Source: Dehalococcoidia bacterium (GTDB lineage: Bacteria > Chloroflexota > Dehalococcoidia > Plut-88900). From it: a stretch of 64,000 nt of DNA. Below, in pieces: positions 1 to 9,598 of this stretch (position 1 is the stretch's first letter; each line of letters begins with the position of its first letter). Location: NCBI GenBank assembly GCA_965207225.1, contig CBDBLV010000005.1:96001-160000 (forward strand), read 5' to 3'. The translations under genes and the position numbers were made by a program. The notes below the pieces were generated by a model. It saw only the letters and a list, made by a program, of their open reading frames with translations. It had not been told where the DNA came from and made no database searches.

Positions 1-1
1 T

Positions 2-367
2 CCTCCACCCCCCCGTCAAGATTGGATACAGCTCACCAACTATGAATATAGTCTTGGTCAGCCGTTAGTACTGCGGCTACCGGACGGTCAAGAGAAGGAG
101 CTCGGCCACTGGTACGAGATTGCTGGTAGCGTGGCCGAGTGGCTGATAAAGGAGAGGAAACTGACCACAAGTATGTGTCCGATAAGAGATATAGTCAGTT
201 CTGACCTTAAGAGTGAAGGGGGTGCACGTTTCCTTAGGTATCGTAGGTTAAGAAACGGCATCTTTATCAATACAAATAAAAGTGCTAAGGACCACTTGAG
301 AGGAACGAAAATACTCTTACAACACTGTAATCAAGACCCCGCCTCTATCCTCCTAAAGCCCAACTAA
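2..367 (+). CDS. 3' part of a hypothetical protein (truncated by window start)
   Basis: Frame is open from base 2 (PPPPRQDWIQL...LPDGQEKELGHWYEIAGSVAEWL...) to TAA at 367; lower GC than neighbours. Confidence 0.55.
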   Translation, partial: PPPPRQDWIQLTNYEYSLGQPLVLRLPDGQEKELGHWYEIAGSVAEWLIKERKLTTSMCPIRDIVSSDLKSEGGARFLRYRRLRNGIFINTNKSAKDHLRGTKILLQHCNQDPASILLKPN

Positions 368-395
368 TGCTTCCCCACCCCACCCCCTCTAACCC

Positions 396-1640
396 ATGAA
401 CCAGTGGCTCTGGATTCCGATTGCCATTGCGGCCGCTGTCCCGGGCCTTGCCCTATGGAGCGCCGGGGCCCACCCGCCCGCCGTGGTCGCTGCCTTCGTT
501 TACGGGCTGGCCATTGTCGGGAGCGCGTTTTTGCTGTCCTGGTCTATGGAAGTGGCCGAGATGGATATCCCAAGAGCCCTGGCCATCTCAGTGCTGGCGG
601 TGGTGGCCGTCCTGCCCGAGTACGCCATCGACGTATATCTCGCATGGACCGCCGCCTACATCCCCGAAAACGTAGGCCTTGCCACCGCCAATATGACCGG
701 CGCCAACCGACTCCTCATCGGCATCGGCTGGAGCCTGGTAGTCTTTCTCTACTGGTTCAAGACCCGAAAGAGGGACCTCGCCATCGGCGGTGCGGTATCT
801 CCTGCATTGGCCATTCTGCTCATCGCCACCCTGTACGCCTCCACCATAGTCCTTAGGGGCCAGCTTCACCTCGCCGACACCTTCGTCCTGGGCGCCCTCT
901 TCCTGCTCTTCGTATGGACCAACTTCAAGTCGGAGAAGGTGAAGGCCGAGCTAGTCGGGCCCTCGGCCCTTATAGGGGCGCTGCCTACGGAGAGGCGTCG
1001 CACGGTGGTGATAGTGCTGTTCGTAATCGCCGCGGGCACCATTTTGTTGATGGCCGAGCCCTTCGTCGAAAGCCTGAAAGAGACCGGCCACTCCCTCGGC
1101 CTCAGCGAATTCCTGCTCATCCAGTGGGTCGCGCCCCTGGCCTCGGAGGCCCCCGAGATACTGCTGGCGGTGATATTCGTGCTGAAGGGTCGGGGGGAAG
1201 ACGGAATCGGGATTTTGGTGTCGTCCAAGGTGAACCAGTGGACGCTGCTGGTTGCCACTCTGCCCGCCGCCTACAACATTTCAGCGGGGTCCCTGGACGG
1301 CCTGCACATGGACAACAGGCAGGTCATTGAGGTCTTCCTGACGGCGGGGCAATCGCTGTTCGCAGTAGTCCTGATACTGAGGCACCACATCTCGGGGAGG
1401 GGGGCCATCGCGCTGTTCGGCCTGTTTACGGTCCAGCTCATACAGCAGCTGGTTATGGAGGAGTTGGGCCTACCATACGATCTAGAAATCCGCCTGGGCT
1501 TCTCGATACTCTACGTGGTCCTGAGCGTCGGCATCCTGGTCATAGACCGACATCGGGTAGAGGAGCTGCCGGGCATATTCCGCTCCCTAATGGTTGGGGG
1601 CAGGGATGAGGGGACGGAATCCGGCTCCAGGTCTGAGTGA
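396..1640 (+). CDS. Na+/Ca2+ (cation:H+) exchanger family membrane protein
   Basis: About 11 hydrophobic helices; two alpha-repeat motifs (AVLPEY...ANMTGAN and ASEAPE...SSKVNQ). Confidence 0.8.
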   Translation: MNQWLWIPIAIAAAVPGLALWSAGAHPPAVVAAFVYGLAIVGSAFLLSWSMEVAEMDIPRALAISVLAVVAVLPEYAIDVYLAWTAAYIPENVGLATANMTGANRLLIGIGWSLVVFLYWFKTRKRDLAIGGAVSPALAILLIATLYASTIVLRGQLHLADTFVLGALFLLFVWTNFKSEKVKAELVGPSALIGALPTERRRTVVIVLFVIAAGTILLMAEPFVESLKETGHSLGLSEFLLIQWVAPLASEAPEILLAVIFVLKGRGEDGIGILVSSKVNQWTLLVATLPAAYNISAGSLDGLHMDNRQVIEVFLTAGQSLFAVVLILRHHISGRGAIALFGLFTVQLIQQLVMEELGLPYDLEIRLGFSILYVVLSVGILVIDRHRVEELPGIFRSLMVGGRDEGTESGSRSE

Positions 1641-1655
1641 CCCGGGCAGGGCGGG

Positions 1656-2231
1656 TTAACCGCCCTCGTAGGCCTCCCAGGGCTTGCGGGACATCACCCT
1701 CTTCACGATGGGTTCGAAGAACTCCAGGGGCTTGGTCGGGTAGTCCTGCGCGAAGGCGTTCTGGTCGTACTTGTAGCACCAGTCTATGCAGTCCTGGTAG
1801 TAGGGGCTGTCCTTGTACTTCTCCCTGGCATAGCGGTCCTTGCCCGTCATGTGCCAGAAGTAGTAGCCTTGGAACTCCCCGTGATGCTGGACTATCCAGT
1901 GGTTCTTCTTAGAGATGTAGGGCCTGAGGATGGCCGCCGCCACCTCCGAGTGGTTGTCCTGTGACACTATCTGCCCGACATCGTGGAACAGGGCGACGAA
2001 TACGGTCTCTTCGTCGGCGCCGTCCTCGTAGGCCCGGGTCGCCGACTGTAGAGAATGTTCAAGGCCGTTGACCGGCCCGCCGTCGTCGGAGAACTCCATC
2101 TGCTTGAGCATGTTCATCAGGGAGTCGTAGACCCTCTCCCGACGCTGTCCGGCGTACTGCTTGATGATGTCCCAGTCCTCCTGGGTGCTGGTCTCCATGC
2201 TGGAATAGGTGGCGCGCTCTTGGATGGTCAT
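1656..2231 (-). CDS. HD-domain metalloprotein (PhnZ-like subfamily)
   Basis: LEHSLQSATRA...ALFHDVG...NH...QHH metal-ligand pattern. Confidence 0.75.
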   Translation of the reverse strand: MTIQERATYSSMETSTQEDWDIIKQYAGQRRERVYDSLMNMLKQMEFSDDGGPVNGLEHSLQSATRAYEDGADEETVFVALFHDVGQIVSQDNHSEVAAAILRPYISKKNHWIVQHHGEFQGYYFWHMTGKDRYAREKYKDSPYYQDCIDWCYKYDQNAFAQDYPTKPLEFFEPIVKRVMSRKPWEAYEGG

Positions 2232-2298
2232 GGCATTCGGCTCCGGTGGTTTGGTTGGGCCAGTGTATTACGTATCCGGTGAGGGCACAACACGGGTG

Positions 2299-3237
2299 TC
2301 AGGAACCCAGACCAAGCAACCTCGCCGCATTCCCGTGCATCATGGCGTCGACTTCCTCACGAGCGAAGGACGCCCTTTCCGTGGGGTTGTCAGGCAGGTC
2401 GCGGATGAGGTCGACCCACCACTTGCGGAAGTACCAGCGGGTCCAGACCGGGCCGTCGCAGCCGAACATCACTCGGTCCGCCCCTAGCCCGTCCATGACC
2501 CGACGCAGTACCAGGCAGAACCGGCCGTAGTTGGTCGCGGCCTCGTGCTGGAAGGCCGAGAAGTCGGTGACCAGGTTCGGCCTGTCTTGCGCCACCTCGA
2601 TCAGTTCCCGCCATGAGGCTATGCCCATGTGCGCGGCAATGACCTTGAGGTCGGGGAAGTCCGTGAGGACCTGGACCAGCTCCTTGGGCTGGCTGAACTT
2701 CGGGTTCAGCGGCTGGAACATCTGCCCTGTGTGGAAGAGGACGGGGAGGCCGAGGGCCTGCAACCGCTCGTAGATCGGGTACGCCGCCTGGTGCCACGGG
2801 AACAGGCCGCTCATATTGGGGTGGAACTTGAACCCTTTGGCGTTCCACTCCTCCACCGACCTTTCCACGAACTCCAGCGCCCCCTCCGCCCGGGGGTCGA
2901 TACATGAGAAGAAGATGTACCGGTCTGGGTGGGCGGCGCATATCTCGGCCAGCTCCCGGTTCTGGTCCTCGACGGATTTGGGCGCCACGCCCAGAGCGCA
3001 TGACCCGTCGATGGCGGTGTTGATGGTCAGGTGGATGCCGGCTTCATCCATCTCGGCGATGCAGTCCGAGCCGTCGGGGTCGAAGCACTTGGCGAAGAGG
3101 TTGCGATCGATCTCCTCGGGGGTGCCGGAGAAGGGGGAGTCGGTGATGTAGGTGGAGAAGAAGTTGGCGTAGATATCCCACCAGTGGTCGGAGAGGTACT
3201 CCCGGGTCCAGATGTGGTTATGGATGTCTATGGTCAT
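2299..3237 (-). CDS. Amidohydrolase family protein (Amidohydro_2)
   Basis: N-terminal IDIHNH, GFKFHP, VLFHTG, AAHMG and FGCDGP motifs. Confidence 0.85.
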   Translation of the reverse strand: MTIDIHNHIWTREYLSDHWWDIYANFFSTYITDSPFSGTPEEIDRNLFAKCFDPDGSDCIAEMDEAGIHLTINTAIDGSCALGVAPKSVEDQNRELAEICAAHPDRYIFFSCIDPRAEGALEFVERSVEEWNAKGFKFHPNMSGLFPWHQAAYPIYERLQALGLPVLFHTGQMFQPLNPKFSQPKELVQVLTDFPDLKVIAAHMGIASWRELIEVAQDRPNLVTDFSAFQHEAATNYGRFCLVLRRVMDGLGADRVMFGCDGPVWTRWYFRKWWVDLIRDLPDNPTERASFAREEVDAMMHGNAARLLGLGS

Positions 3238-3384
3238 GGTGATGCTCCGTTAGGCATGAATCACCGTTAGATCCGCTGAGAAAGCGCGGTAAACATACCA
3301 TATTAGCTGCGCCATGTGGCAAACGAGGCCGACCCTTGATACCATGCACATTAGGCCCGTCCCCCGACTACCGGCAGAGACAGC

Positions 3385-4518
3385 ATGAGATTCGACAGCA
3401 CGCCTTACTATCACCTCGGGACTCCCTACCCTTGGGACACGATGGTCGATGAGATGCGGCAGGAGGCCCAGCTCCTCGAGCAGGGCGGCTTCACGGGCGT
3501 CTGGATCGCCGAGCACCACTTTGCATGGGACGGCTGGCTCGCCACCTCCCCCAACCCCCTCATGCTCGGGCAAGACCTGGCGGCCCACACCGACAGCCTC
3601 CGCATCGGCCAGTGCGGGGTCATCCTCCCCGACTGGCATCCCCTCCGCGTCGCCGAGGATGTGGCTCTGCTGGACCATTTCACCAAGGGTCGGGTGGACT
3701 TCGGGGTGGCGCGGGGGCTGAACGGCCGGGCCTCGATCCAGTTCCACCCGGACGCCGACCGCCGGGACCCGGACCGAAGCTATGCCCTGTTCTCAGAATC
3801 GCTGGACATAGTGAGAAAGGCGTGGACTGAAGATGCGTTCACCTACTCGGGCGAGTTCTACCGGTTCCCGGAACCCGGCTGGATAGAGCAATCAGAGTTT
3901 ATCCGTGACAGCCGCTTCCACGCCCCCGACGGCGAGCTTATAGCCCTGGGCGTACACCCAAAGCCCTACCAGAAGCCGCATCCACCCATGTGGCAGATGG
4001 GCGACTCACTCCAGTCGCATCGGTTCTCTGCCAGCCGGGGAATGGGGAACATCTGCCTGGCCCTCTCATACGAGAAGATCAGGGAGGCGTGGGGGATATA
4101 CAACGAGGTTGCGCTGGACGCCGAGGGTCGAGAGCTGCAAGTTGGGGAGGGGGTGGCCGTCATGCGACCTACCTTCCTCGCCGACACATACGAGGAGGCC
4201 GTGAGCGCCGTTCGGGACAACTTCAATATGTTCGGGGAATGGGCCAAACACGACCCTCGAAAAATCCGCACCAAGATGGCCTTCGCGCACGAGATGGCCG
4301 ACGAGGACTACAACCTGAGCTACTTCGACTTCAACCAGAAGCACGATTTGATACTGGTCGGGTCACCGGAGACGGTCAGGGAGCAGATCGAAGAGCTAGC
4401 AGCAGAGACCGGGTGCCGGCACCTGGCGCTGTTCCTGAACTTCCCGGGGCTCAGCTTCGAGCAGGTTATGCACAGCCTGGACCTGTTCGCCTCCGAGGTT
4501 ATCCCGCACTTCAACTAG
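3385..4518 (+). CDS. LLM-class (luciferase-like) flavin-dependent monooxygenase
   Basis: WIAEHHF, HPLRVAEDVALLD, PKPYQKPHPPMW and VGSPETV motifs. Confidence 0.9.
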   Translation: MRFDSTPYYHLGTPYPWDTMVDEMRQEAQLLEQGGFTGVWIAEHHFAWDGWLATSPNPLMLGQDLAAHTDSLRIGQCGVILPDWHPLRVAEDVALLDHFTKGRVDFGVARGLNGRASIQFHPDADRRDPDRSYALFSESLDIVRKAWTEDAFTYSGEFYRFPEPGWIEQSEFIRDSRFHAPDGELIALGVHPKPYQKPHPPMWQMGDSLQSHRFSASRGMGNICLALSYEKIREAWGIYNEVALDAEGRELQVGEGVAVMRPTFLADTYEEAVSAVRDNFNMFGEWAKHDPRKIRTKMAFAHEMADEDYNLSYFDFNQKHDLILVGSPETVREQIEELAAETGCRHLALFLNFPGLSFEQVMHSLDLFASEVIPHFN

Positions 4519-4522
4519 GGGC

Positions 4523-5161
4523 TCAGGACTCGTCGGGGGAGGCGAGTTCGGCCCACAGGCCCCGGGCGGTCTTTGAGGCTGTACCGTACCCGAACCCCCG
4601 ACGCCCCAGGTGGTCTACGAGCTTCTTGAAGAAGGAGTCGAAGTCATCCGTTGGCAGGGTGCGGGCACGACGCTGGGCGGCCCGGTAGGCCTCGGCCTCA
4701 TCGTCCATATCCAGGGTCACGTCCTCAATCGCCGAGCCGTTGATCCCCTTCTGACGGAGTTCCATCTCCAGCATCCTGCGGCTGCGTGGCCGGAAGGTTA
4801 CCCGCTGGTCGACCCAGTACTGGGCGAAGGTGAAGTCGTCAAGCAGGCCGAGCGTCTTTAGCTGCTCGACAGTGCGGTCGATTACCGCCTCTCCGAGTTT
4901 TCGCTGGCGCAGGCGGGTACGGAGTTCGCGTTCGCTGCGGGGCCGGGCCGAAAGGTATCGGAGGGCCACGGAGAGGGCGGAGTCGAGGCCTGCCTTTTCG
5001 AGCAACTCGGAGAGCCGGTCTTCGGAGACTTCCTGGCCGATTTCGAGACGGGCATCGTGGGCGGAGAGCCGGTCCAGGGCGAAGGCGTAGCGGCCATCGA
5101 TGAAGATATTGACCCGGTCCTGGCGCTTCTTCTGGGGGTGGATATCGGTGATTTGGGGCAT
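4523..5161 (-). CDS. recX: Regulatory protein RecX
   Basis: ALRYLSARPRSERELRTRL, LLDDFTFA, LRQKGI, LGRRGF; lies near recA. Confidence 0.92.
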   Translation of the reverse strand: MPQITDIHPQKKRQDRVNIFIDGRYAFALDRLSAHDARLEIGQEVSEDRLSELLEKAGLDSALSVALRYLSARPRSERELRTRLRQRKLGEAVIDRTVEQLKTLGLLDDFTFAQYWVDQRVTFRPRSRRMLEMELRQKGINGSAIEDVTLDMDDEAEAYRAAQRRARTLPTDDFDSFFKKLVDHLGRRGFGYGTASKTARGLWAELASPDES

Positions 5162-5271
5162 GGGAGAAGATTCTAGATGTTAGCAGGTGGTTCTTCAAAC
5201 CAACTGCACGCTTGACACCCGACTCCTCCCATTCCTACCCTTCCACAATCTTTCAGCGGGAGGGATGCGTT

Positions 5272-6831
5272 TTGGCTAGCGAATTGGATGCCGTAATCAT
5301 CGGGGGCGGGCATAACGGGTTGGTGGCGGCGTGCTATCTGGCCAAGGCAGGGCTGAAGGTGACGGTGCTAGAGCGTCGGGGGGTGGTGGGCGGGGCCTCA
5401 GTGACCGAAGAGGACACGTTCCCCGGGTTCCGGGTATCGACGGCGGCGATGGTCGGGGGTCTGCTGAAGCCGAAGATTGCTGCGGAGCTCGAGCTGCACA
5501 AGTTCGGGTACGGTCCCCTGGTTTCGTACGATCCCGTCAGCCTCCAGCTGTTCCCCGACGGCCGGTATCTGCTGGCATGGAACGACCCCGTCAAGACCAT
5601 GGACGAGTTCGCCAAGTTCTCCCGCAAGGATGGCGAGGCTTTCCTGGACCTGCGCATGCGGATGGACAGGCTGGTGTCGGTGCTGAAGCCGCTGGAGCTC
5701 AGGCCTCCCATGAGCATCGAGGAGGTCTGCAGGCAGTTCCCGGACCCCGAGGATGCCTATTTCTTCCAGGAAGTGTTGACCAGTCCCATGAAGGACTTCC
5801 TGGACGCCAGGTTTGAGACGGAAGAGGTGAAGGCGAACGTGGTATCCAACGGGGTGGTGGGGTTGGCAGGAGGGCCCTATTCGCCGGGGAGTGTCTACAT
5901 GGTGCTCCACTATTGGCCCGAGCTCGGCGTTCCCATAGGCACGGTTCCAGGGGGCATGGGGGCGATAACACAGGCCCTTGCGGCCTGCGCCCGCAGCCAC
6001 GGGGCCGAGGTCCGGACCGGGGCGGAGGTTGCCCGTGTCATTGTCAAAGAAGAAAGGGCCACGGGGGTGGAGTTGATGAACGGCGAGGTGCTGAACGCGC
6101 GGGTCGTGCTATCCAATGCCGACCCGAAGCGGAGCCTGCTGGGCCTCGTCGAAACGGAGCACCTGGACGAGAGTTTTCGTCGGAGGGTGGAGTCGGTGAG
6201 GAGCGAGGGGGTGGTGTTCAAGGCCAACCTGGCCCTGAGCGAGCTGCCGGACTTCACGGCGATTCCGGGCAAGGAGGTCGGGCCGCAGCACATTGCGCCC
6301 TTCAGGATATGCTCCTCGGTGGACTACCTGGAAAGAGCATGGGACGACGCCAAGTTCGGTGAGACGTCCCGGGAGCCGTACATGTACTGCGTCATTCACT
6401 CGGCGACGGACCCGACCGCCGCGCCGGAGGGCAAGCACCTGATGGGGGTGTTCGTGCAGTATGCGCCTTACCATCTCCGGGACACGGACTGGGACACCGA
6501 GCGGGACGTCTTCGGGAAGCGCTGCATCGACACCCTGGCCCAGTACGCTCCGAACATTCCCGACGCCATCATCGACTACCAGTTCCTCTCACCCAGGGAC
6601 CTGGAGGAGAAGCTGTACCTGACCCACGGGCACATGTTCCACGCCGAGAACGCCTTCGCCCAGCTCTTCAACGCCCGGCCCGTCCGGGGGATGAGCGACT
6701 ACCGAACGCCAATACCCGGCTACTACCTCTGCGGCGCGGGCACGCACCCCGGCGGCACGGTGAGAGGGGCCCCGGGCCATAACGCCGCCCATGAGGTGAT
6801 CAAGGACCTGGGGGAGGGGGTGGTGGGATGA
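5272..6831 (+). CDS. Phytoene dehydrogenase-like (PYROXD2-type) FAD oxidoreductase
   Basis: GGGHNGL FAD motif and C-terminal YLCGAGTHPGG. TTG start at 5272 follows a GGGAGG RBS; TTGACA at 5212. Confidence 0.88.
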   Translation: MASELDAVIIGGGHNGLVAACYLAKAGLKVTVLERRGVVGGASVTEEDTFPGFRVSTAAMVGGLLKPKIAAELELHKFGYGPLVSYDPVSLQLFPDGRYLLAWNDPVKTMDEFAKFSRKDGEAFLDLRMRMDRLVSVLKPLELRPPMSIEEVCRQFPDPEDAYFFQEVLTSPMKDFLDARFETEEVKANVVSNGVVGLAGGPYSPGSVYMVLHYWPELGVPIGTVPGGMGAITQALAACARSHGAEVRTGAEVARVIVKEERATGVELMNGEVLNARVVLSNADPKRSLLGLVETEHLDESFRRRVESVRSEGVVFKANLALSELPDFTAIPGKEVGPQHIAPFRICSSVDYLERAWDDAKFGETSREPYMYCVIHSATDPTAAPEGKHLMGVFVQYAPYHLRDTDWDTERDVFGKRCIDTLAQYAPNIPDAIIDYQFLSPRDLEEKLYLTHGHMFHAENAFAQLFNARPVRGMSDYRTPIPGYYLCGAGTHPGGTVRGAPGHNAAHEVIKDLGEGVVG

Positions 6832-7430
6832 ATGCACGGGGTGGAGATTACGGCTTGATGACCAAGCTGAAGAGGCCTTCGCTTTGGGCATTCATCGGCT
6901 TTCTGGTGGTCACGGCTATCGTGGCGATCGTGGCGGTGGTGAGCGGGGACTTCGGGGATTTCGAAGCCAAGGTGCTGATAACGAGCCTGATCATCTCCGG
7001 CGCGAGCGTGTGCGTGATGGCCTACGCCATCTTTGCCGAGAGGAGCGGCCGGGTGAGGGTAGGCCAGGTCGGGGTGGCGCTTACAGTCGTGGCGGCGGGG
7101 CTGCTGCTGGTGGGCATGTGGTCCGAGAGGGGCGAGGATGAGTTCTGGAAGGCGACCTTGACCTTGTTGATTCTCGCGGTTGGGCTGGCCTACGCCCTGC
7201 TCCTGCTGCTGCCCGATCTCAAGGGCAAGCAGAGATGGGTTCACACAACCTCCTCGGTCTCGATAGGGGCGCTGGCGGCCATGATGATACTTGCCATCTG
7301 GGTGGAGTTTTCCGAGGGCTGGTACATCCGCCTATTAGCGGTGGTTGCGATACTGGTCGCCCTGCAGACGCTGATAATCCCGGTGTTGATGTGGCTACGC
7401 AAGATGTCGGAGCGGGAGGGTGGAGGCTAG
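6828..7430 (+). CDS. Hypothetical membrane protein (~6 TM)
   Basis: Six hydrophobic segments; ATGA overlap with the upstream gene. Confidence 0.7.
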   Translation: MNARGGDYGLMTKLKRPSLWAFIGFLVVTAIVAIVAVVSGDFGDFEAKVLITSLIISGASVCVMAYAIFAERSGRVRVGQVGVALTVVAAGLLLVGMWSERGEDEFWKATLTLLILAVGLAYALLLLLPDLKGKQRWVHTTSSVSIGALAAMMILAIWVEFSEGWYIRLLAVVAILVALQTLIIPVLMWLRKMSEREGGG

Positions 7431-8467
7431 AAGAGCTCGCCGTCGCCGCCGTTGAGGGATGGGGGGATGGGGAGTTGGGGGAGCTCGGCTTTTTCGCGGA
7501 TGCGGTTTTCGAGGGAGAAGGCCATTTCGGGATTGCTCCGGAGGTACTCCTTGGCGTTCTCGCGACCCTGGCCCAGGCGGGTCTCGTCCCAGGAGTAGAA
7601 GGCGCCGCTTTTCCTGAGGATGCCGTACTCGACGCCGAGGTCCACTAGGTCTCCTTCGCGGCTGATGCCCCGGTTGAACATGATGTCGAACTCTGCGATG
7701 CGGAAGGGGGCGGCGACCTTGTTCTTGACGACCTTGGCCCGCACCCGGTTCCCGACCACGACCGACTGCTGCTTTATGGCTTCGATCCTTCGCAAGTCGA
7801 TGCGGACGGAGCTGTAGAACTTCAGGGCCCGACCGCCGGGGGTGACCTCCGGGTTGCCGAACATGATGCCGACCTTCTCCCGGAGCTGGTTGATGAAGAC
7901 GACGGCGCAGTGGGAGCGGCTGGTGGCGGCGGTGAGCTTGCGGAGGGCCTGGGACATGAGGCGTGCCTGGAGGCCGACATGGGTGTCGCCCATCTCGCCT
8001 TCGATCTCGGCGCGGGGTACGAGGGCGGCTACGGAGTCGATGACGACGATATCGACGGCGTTGGAGCGGATGAGGGCCTCGGCGATTTCGAGGGCCTGCT
8101 CGCCGGTGTCGGGTTGGGAGATGAGGAGGTCTTCGATTTTGATGCCGCAGTTGCCGGCGTAGGAGGGGTCGAGGGCGTGCTCGGCGTCAATGTAGGCAGC
8201 CATGCCGCCGTTGGCTTGGGCCTGGGCGATGAGGTGCTGGGCGAGGGTGGACTTGCCTGCGGACTCAGCGCCGAAGACCTCGATGATGCGGCCCTTAGGG
8301 ATGCCGCCGATGCCGAGGGCGATGTCGAGGCCGAGGGAGCCGGTAGGGATGGCTTCGACGGTGAGGGCTCGGGAAGCGTCGCCGAGGCGCATGATGGAGC
8401 CCTGGCCAAATTGCTTTTCTATGTGTCCAAGGGCCAGTTCGAGGGCTTTGGTTTTCTCGGTTGTCAT
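7427..8467 (-). CDS. recA: Recombinase RecA
   Basis: GAESAGKST Walker [31 protein letters not shown]. Start trimmed to MTTEK (8467). Confidence 0.98.
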   Translation of the reverse strand: MTTEKTKALELALGHIEKQFGQGSIMRLGDASRALTVEAIPTGSLGLDIALGIGGIPKGRIIEVFGAESAGKSTLAQHLIAQAQANGGMAAYIDAEHALDPSYAGNCGIKIEDLLISQPDTGEQALEIAEALIRSNAVDIVVIDSVAALVPRAEIEGEMGDTHVGLQARLMSQALRKLTAATSRSHCAVVFINQLREKVGIMFGNPEVTPGGRALKFYSSVRIDLRRIEAIKQQSVVVGNRVRAKVVKNKVAAPFRIAEFDIMFNRGISREGDLVDLGVEYGILRKSGAFYSWDETRLGQGRENAKEYLRSNPEMAFSLENRIREKAELPQLPIPPSLNGGDGELF

Positions 8468-8474
8468 GATTGGC

Positions 8475-8503
8475 ATGATAGCACAAATGGGGCGGGTATT
8501 TAA
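8475..8503 (-). promoter_or_regulatory. recA promoter (extended -10), probably leaderless transcript
   Basis: TTAAAT-N17-TATCAT with TG extension; the -10 ends 7 nt before the ATG and there is no SD. Confidence 0.55.
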
Positions 8504-8562
8504 TTGAACTTTGATTGAAGATTGATTGATCGTTGATTGAACTCGTAGCTGTTTTGATTGAA
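8500..8562. repeat. 11-bp-phased TTGATTGAA direct repeats (copy A)
   Basis: Units at 8500, 8511, 8522, 8533 and 8554; homologous to 32514-32554. Confidence 0.85.
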
Positions 8563-8596
8563 TGACGCCTGAACAGTCGGAGTGAGGAAAACCCAT

Positions 8597-8868
8597 CCCC
8601 AGATTCCTCGCGGGGCATCGGAATGACAGAGAGAAAGAGGGTAGGGTGGGGGAGCCGTACGAGACGAGTTGGCAAGGCGTGGGCCACCCTCCGCTCATAC
8701 TTCGAGAGCCTCAGCACGAGCGGCCCAGCACCCGGGGATGGATTCCGGCTCGGGGGCCGGAATGACGGCAAGTGGGGGGAAGGGTGAGTTGCGGGGTTGT
8801 GGGTGACTTTCTCGGAGGGATGGATTCCCCCCCGACTTCTCGGGGGCAGGCTTTCCTCGGGAATGACG
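8597..8868. repeat. Cluster of REP-like palindromes (GATTCC...GGAATGAC)
   Basis: 33-bp CCCCAGATTCCTCGCGGGGCATCGGAATGACAG is identical at 8597, 32591 and 33701; related units near 8733 and 8818. Confidence 0.8.
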
Positions 8869-8899
8869 ATATAAAGAGCGGGGATGATGGTGGGGGAGG

Positions 8900-9563
8900 T
8901 CGGGTTGTTCGGTTGTGGGGTCTGGGTTTGCATTTTGGTCTGTCTGTTGGGTTTTGGGTGGGCGATGGAAGGTCCGGGACTCTCACGCAGGATCTCTTTG
9001 GCACCTACGCCGACGCTTGTGGCATCGGCGGCTGTCCTGCCATTCCCTACACGCATGCCTTGGGAGACTTGCCGGTGTCGAGGGCGTCTCTGCGCGGGGC
9101 CTTCTGTTCTCCGCATCAACGCTCGACCGCTATGCGGAGCAGCATTCGACTCGAAGCCGTCACGGGGGAACTGTGTCCTCCGATGGCGGCAATTATGGAG
9201 CCGCGTAGGGGCTCTAGGGCCCTAATCCCGGTAACGCCGGGCCGTACACTTTCGCGGGCAAGTCAATGCCAGCGACATAGGCGTCCCAAGATAGGGAGCA
9301 CCGATTCGGCTGGGCCCCTGGAAGGGGGTGTGCCGCTTAGAGCTGATGGACCTTCCATCGCCTGGATGGATGGGGAAGGGGCACGGGACCCGTAGTGAGG
9401 GGATTACGTTCCTGGCTTGTGCCTCGGGCCTGCGCGAGGGCCGTTGGTATTGGCCAGGGCGTTTAGTTCCCCGATTGCTCGGGGACGATGCCTCTGGTCG
9501 GGTCTCGGGGGGTTTCCCCGGGTTTTTGGTTCCTCCTTCGATTATCAGATATTTGTTCGATCG
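8900..9563 (-). ncRNA. Candidate large structured ncRNA / long leader (copy A)
   Basis: Own promoter; 15-bp long-range helix 8961-8975/9348-9362; covarying stems versus copy B; no credible ORF. Confidence 0.6.
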
Positions 9564-9569
9564 CAGGGT

Positions 9570-9598
9570 ATGATAGTACAGTCGGACAGGTGTGTCAA
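9570..9598 (-). promoter_or_regulatory. Near-consensus sigma70 promoter of the candidate ncRNA (copy A)
   Basis: TTGACA-N17-TATCAT; conserved in copy B. Confidence 0.8.

Noticed and set aside
8961-9362. MITE bounded by 15-bp inverted repeats
   Set aside because: No target-site duplication, and homology between the copies continues well beyond both repeats.
8468-9395. RecA N-terminal extension and ORFs across the repeat element
   Set aside because: They translate REP and repeat DNA; frames are broken by indels between the two copies.
9546-9560. LexA box at the ncRNA start
   Set aside because: Only a CGAAC half-site; the other half mismatches in both copies.
8900-9563. RNase P, tmRNA, SRP or group II intron identity for the structured RNA
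   Set aside because: No GAGGAAAGUCC, no tRNA-like ends with CCA, no SRP GGAA/AGCAG loop and no domain V seen. This was judged by eye only; cmscan is needed.
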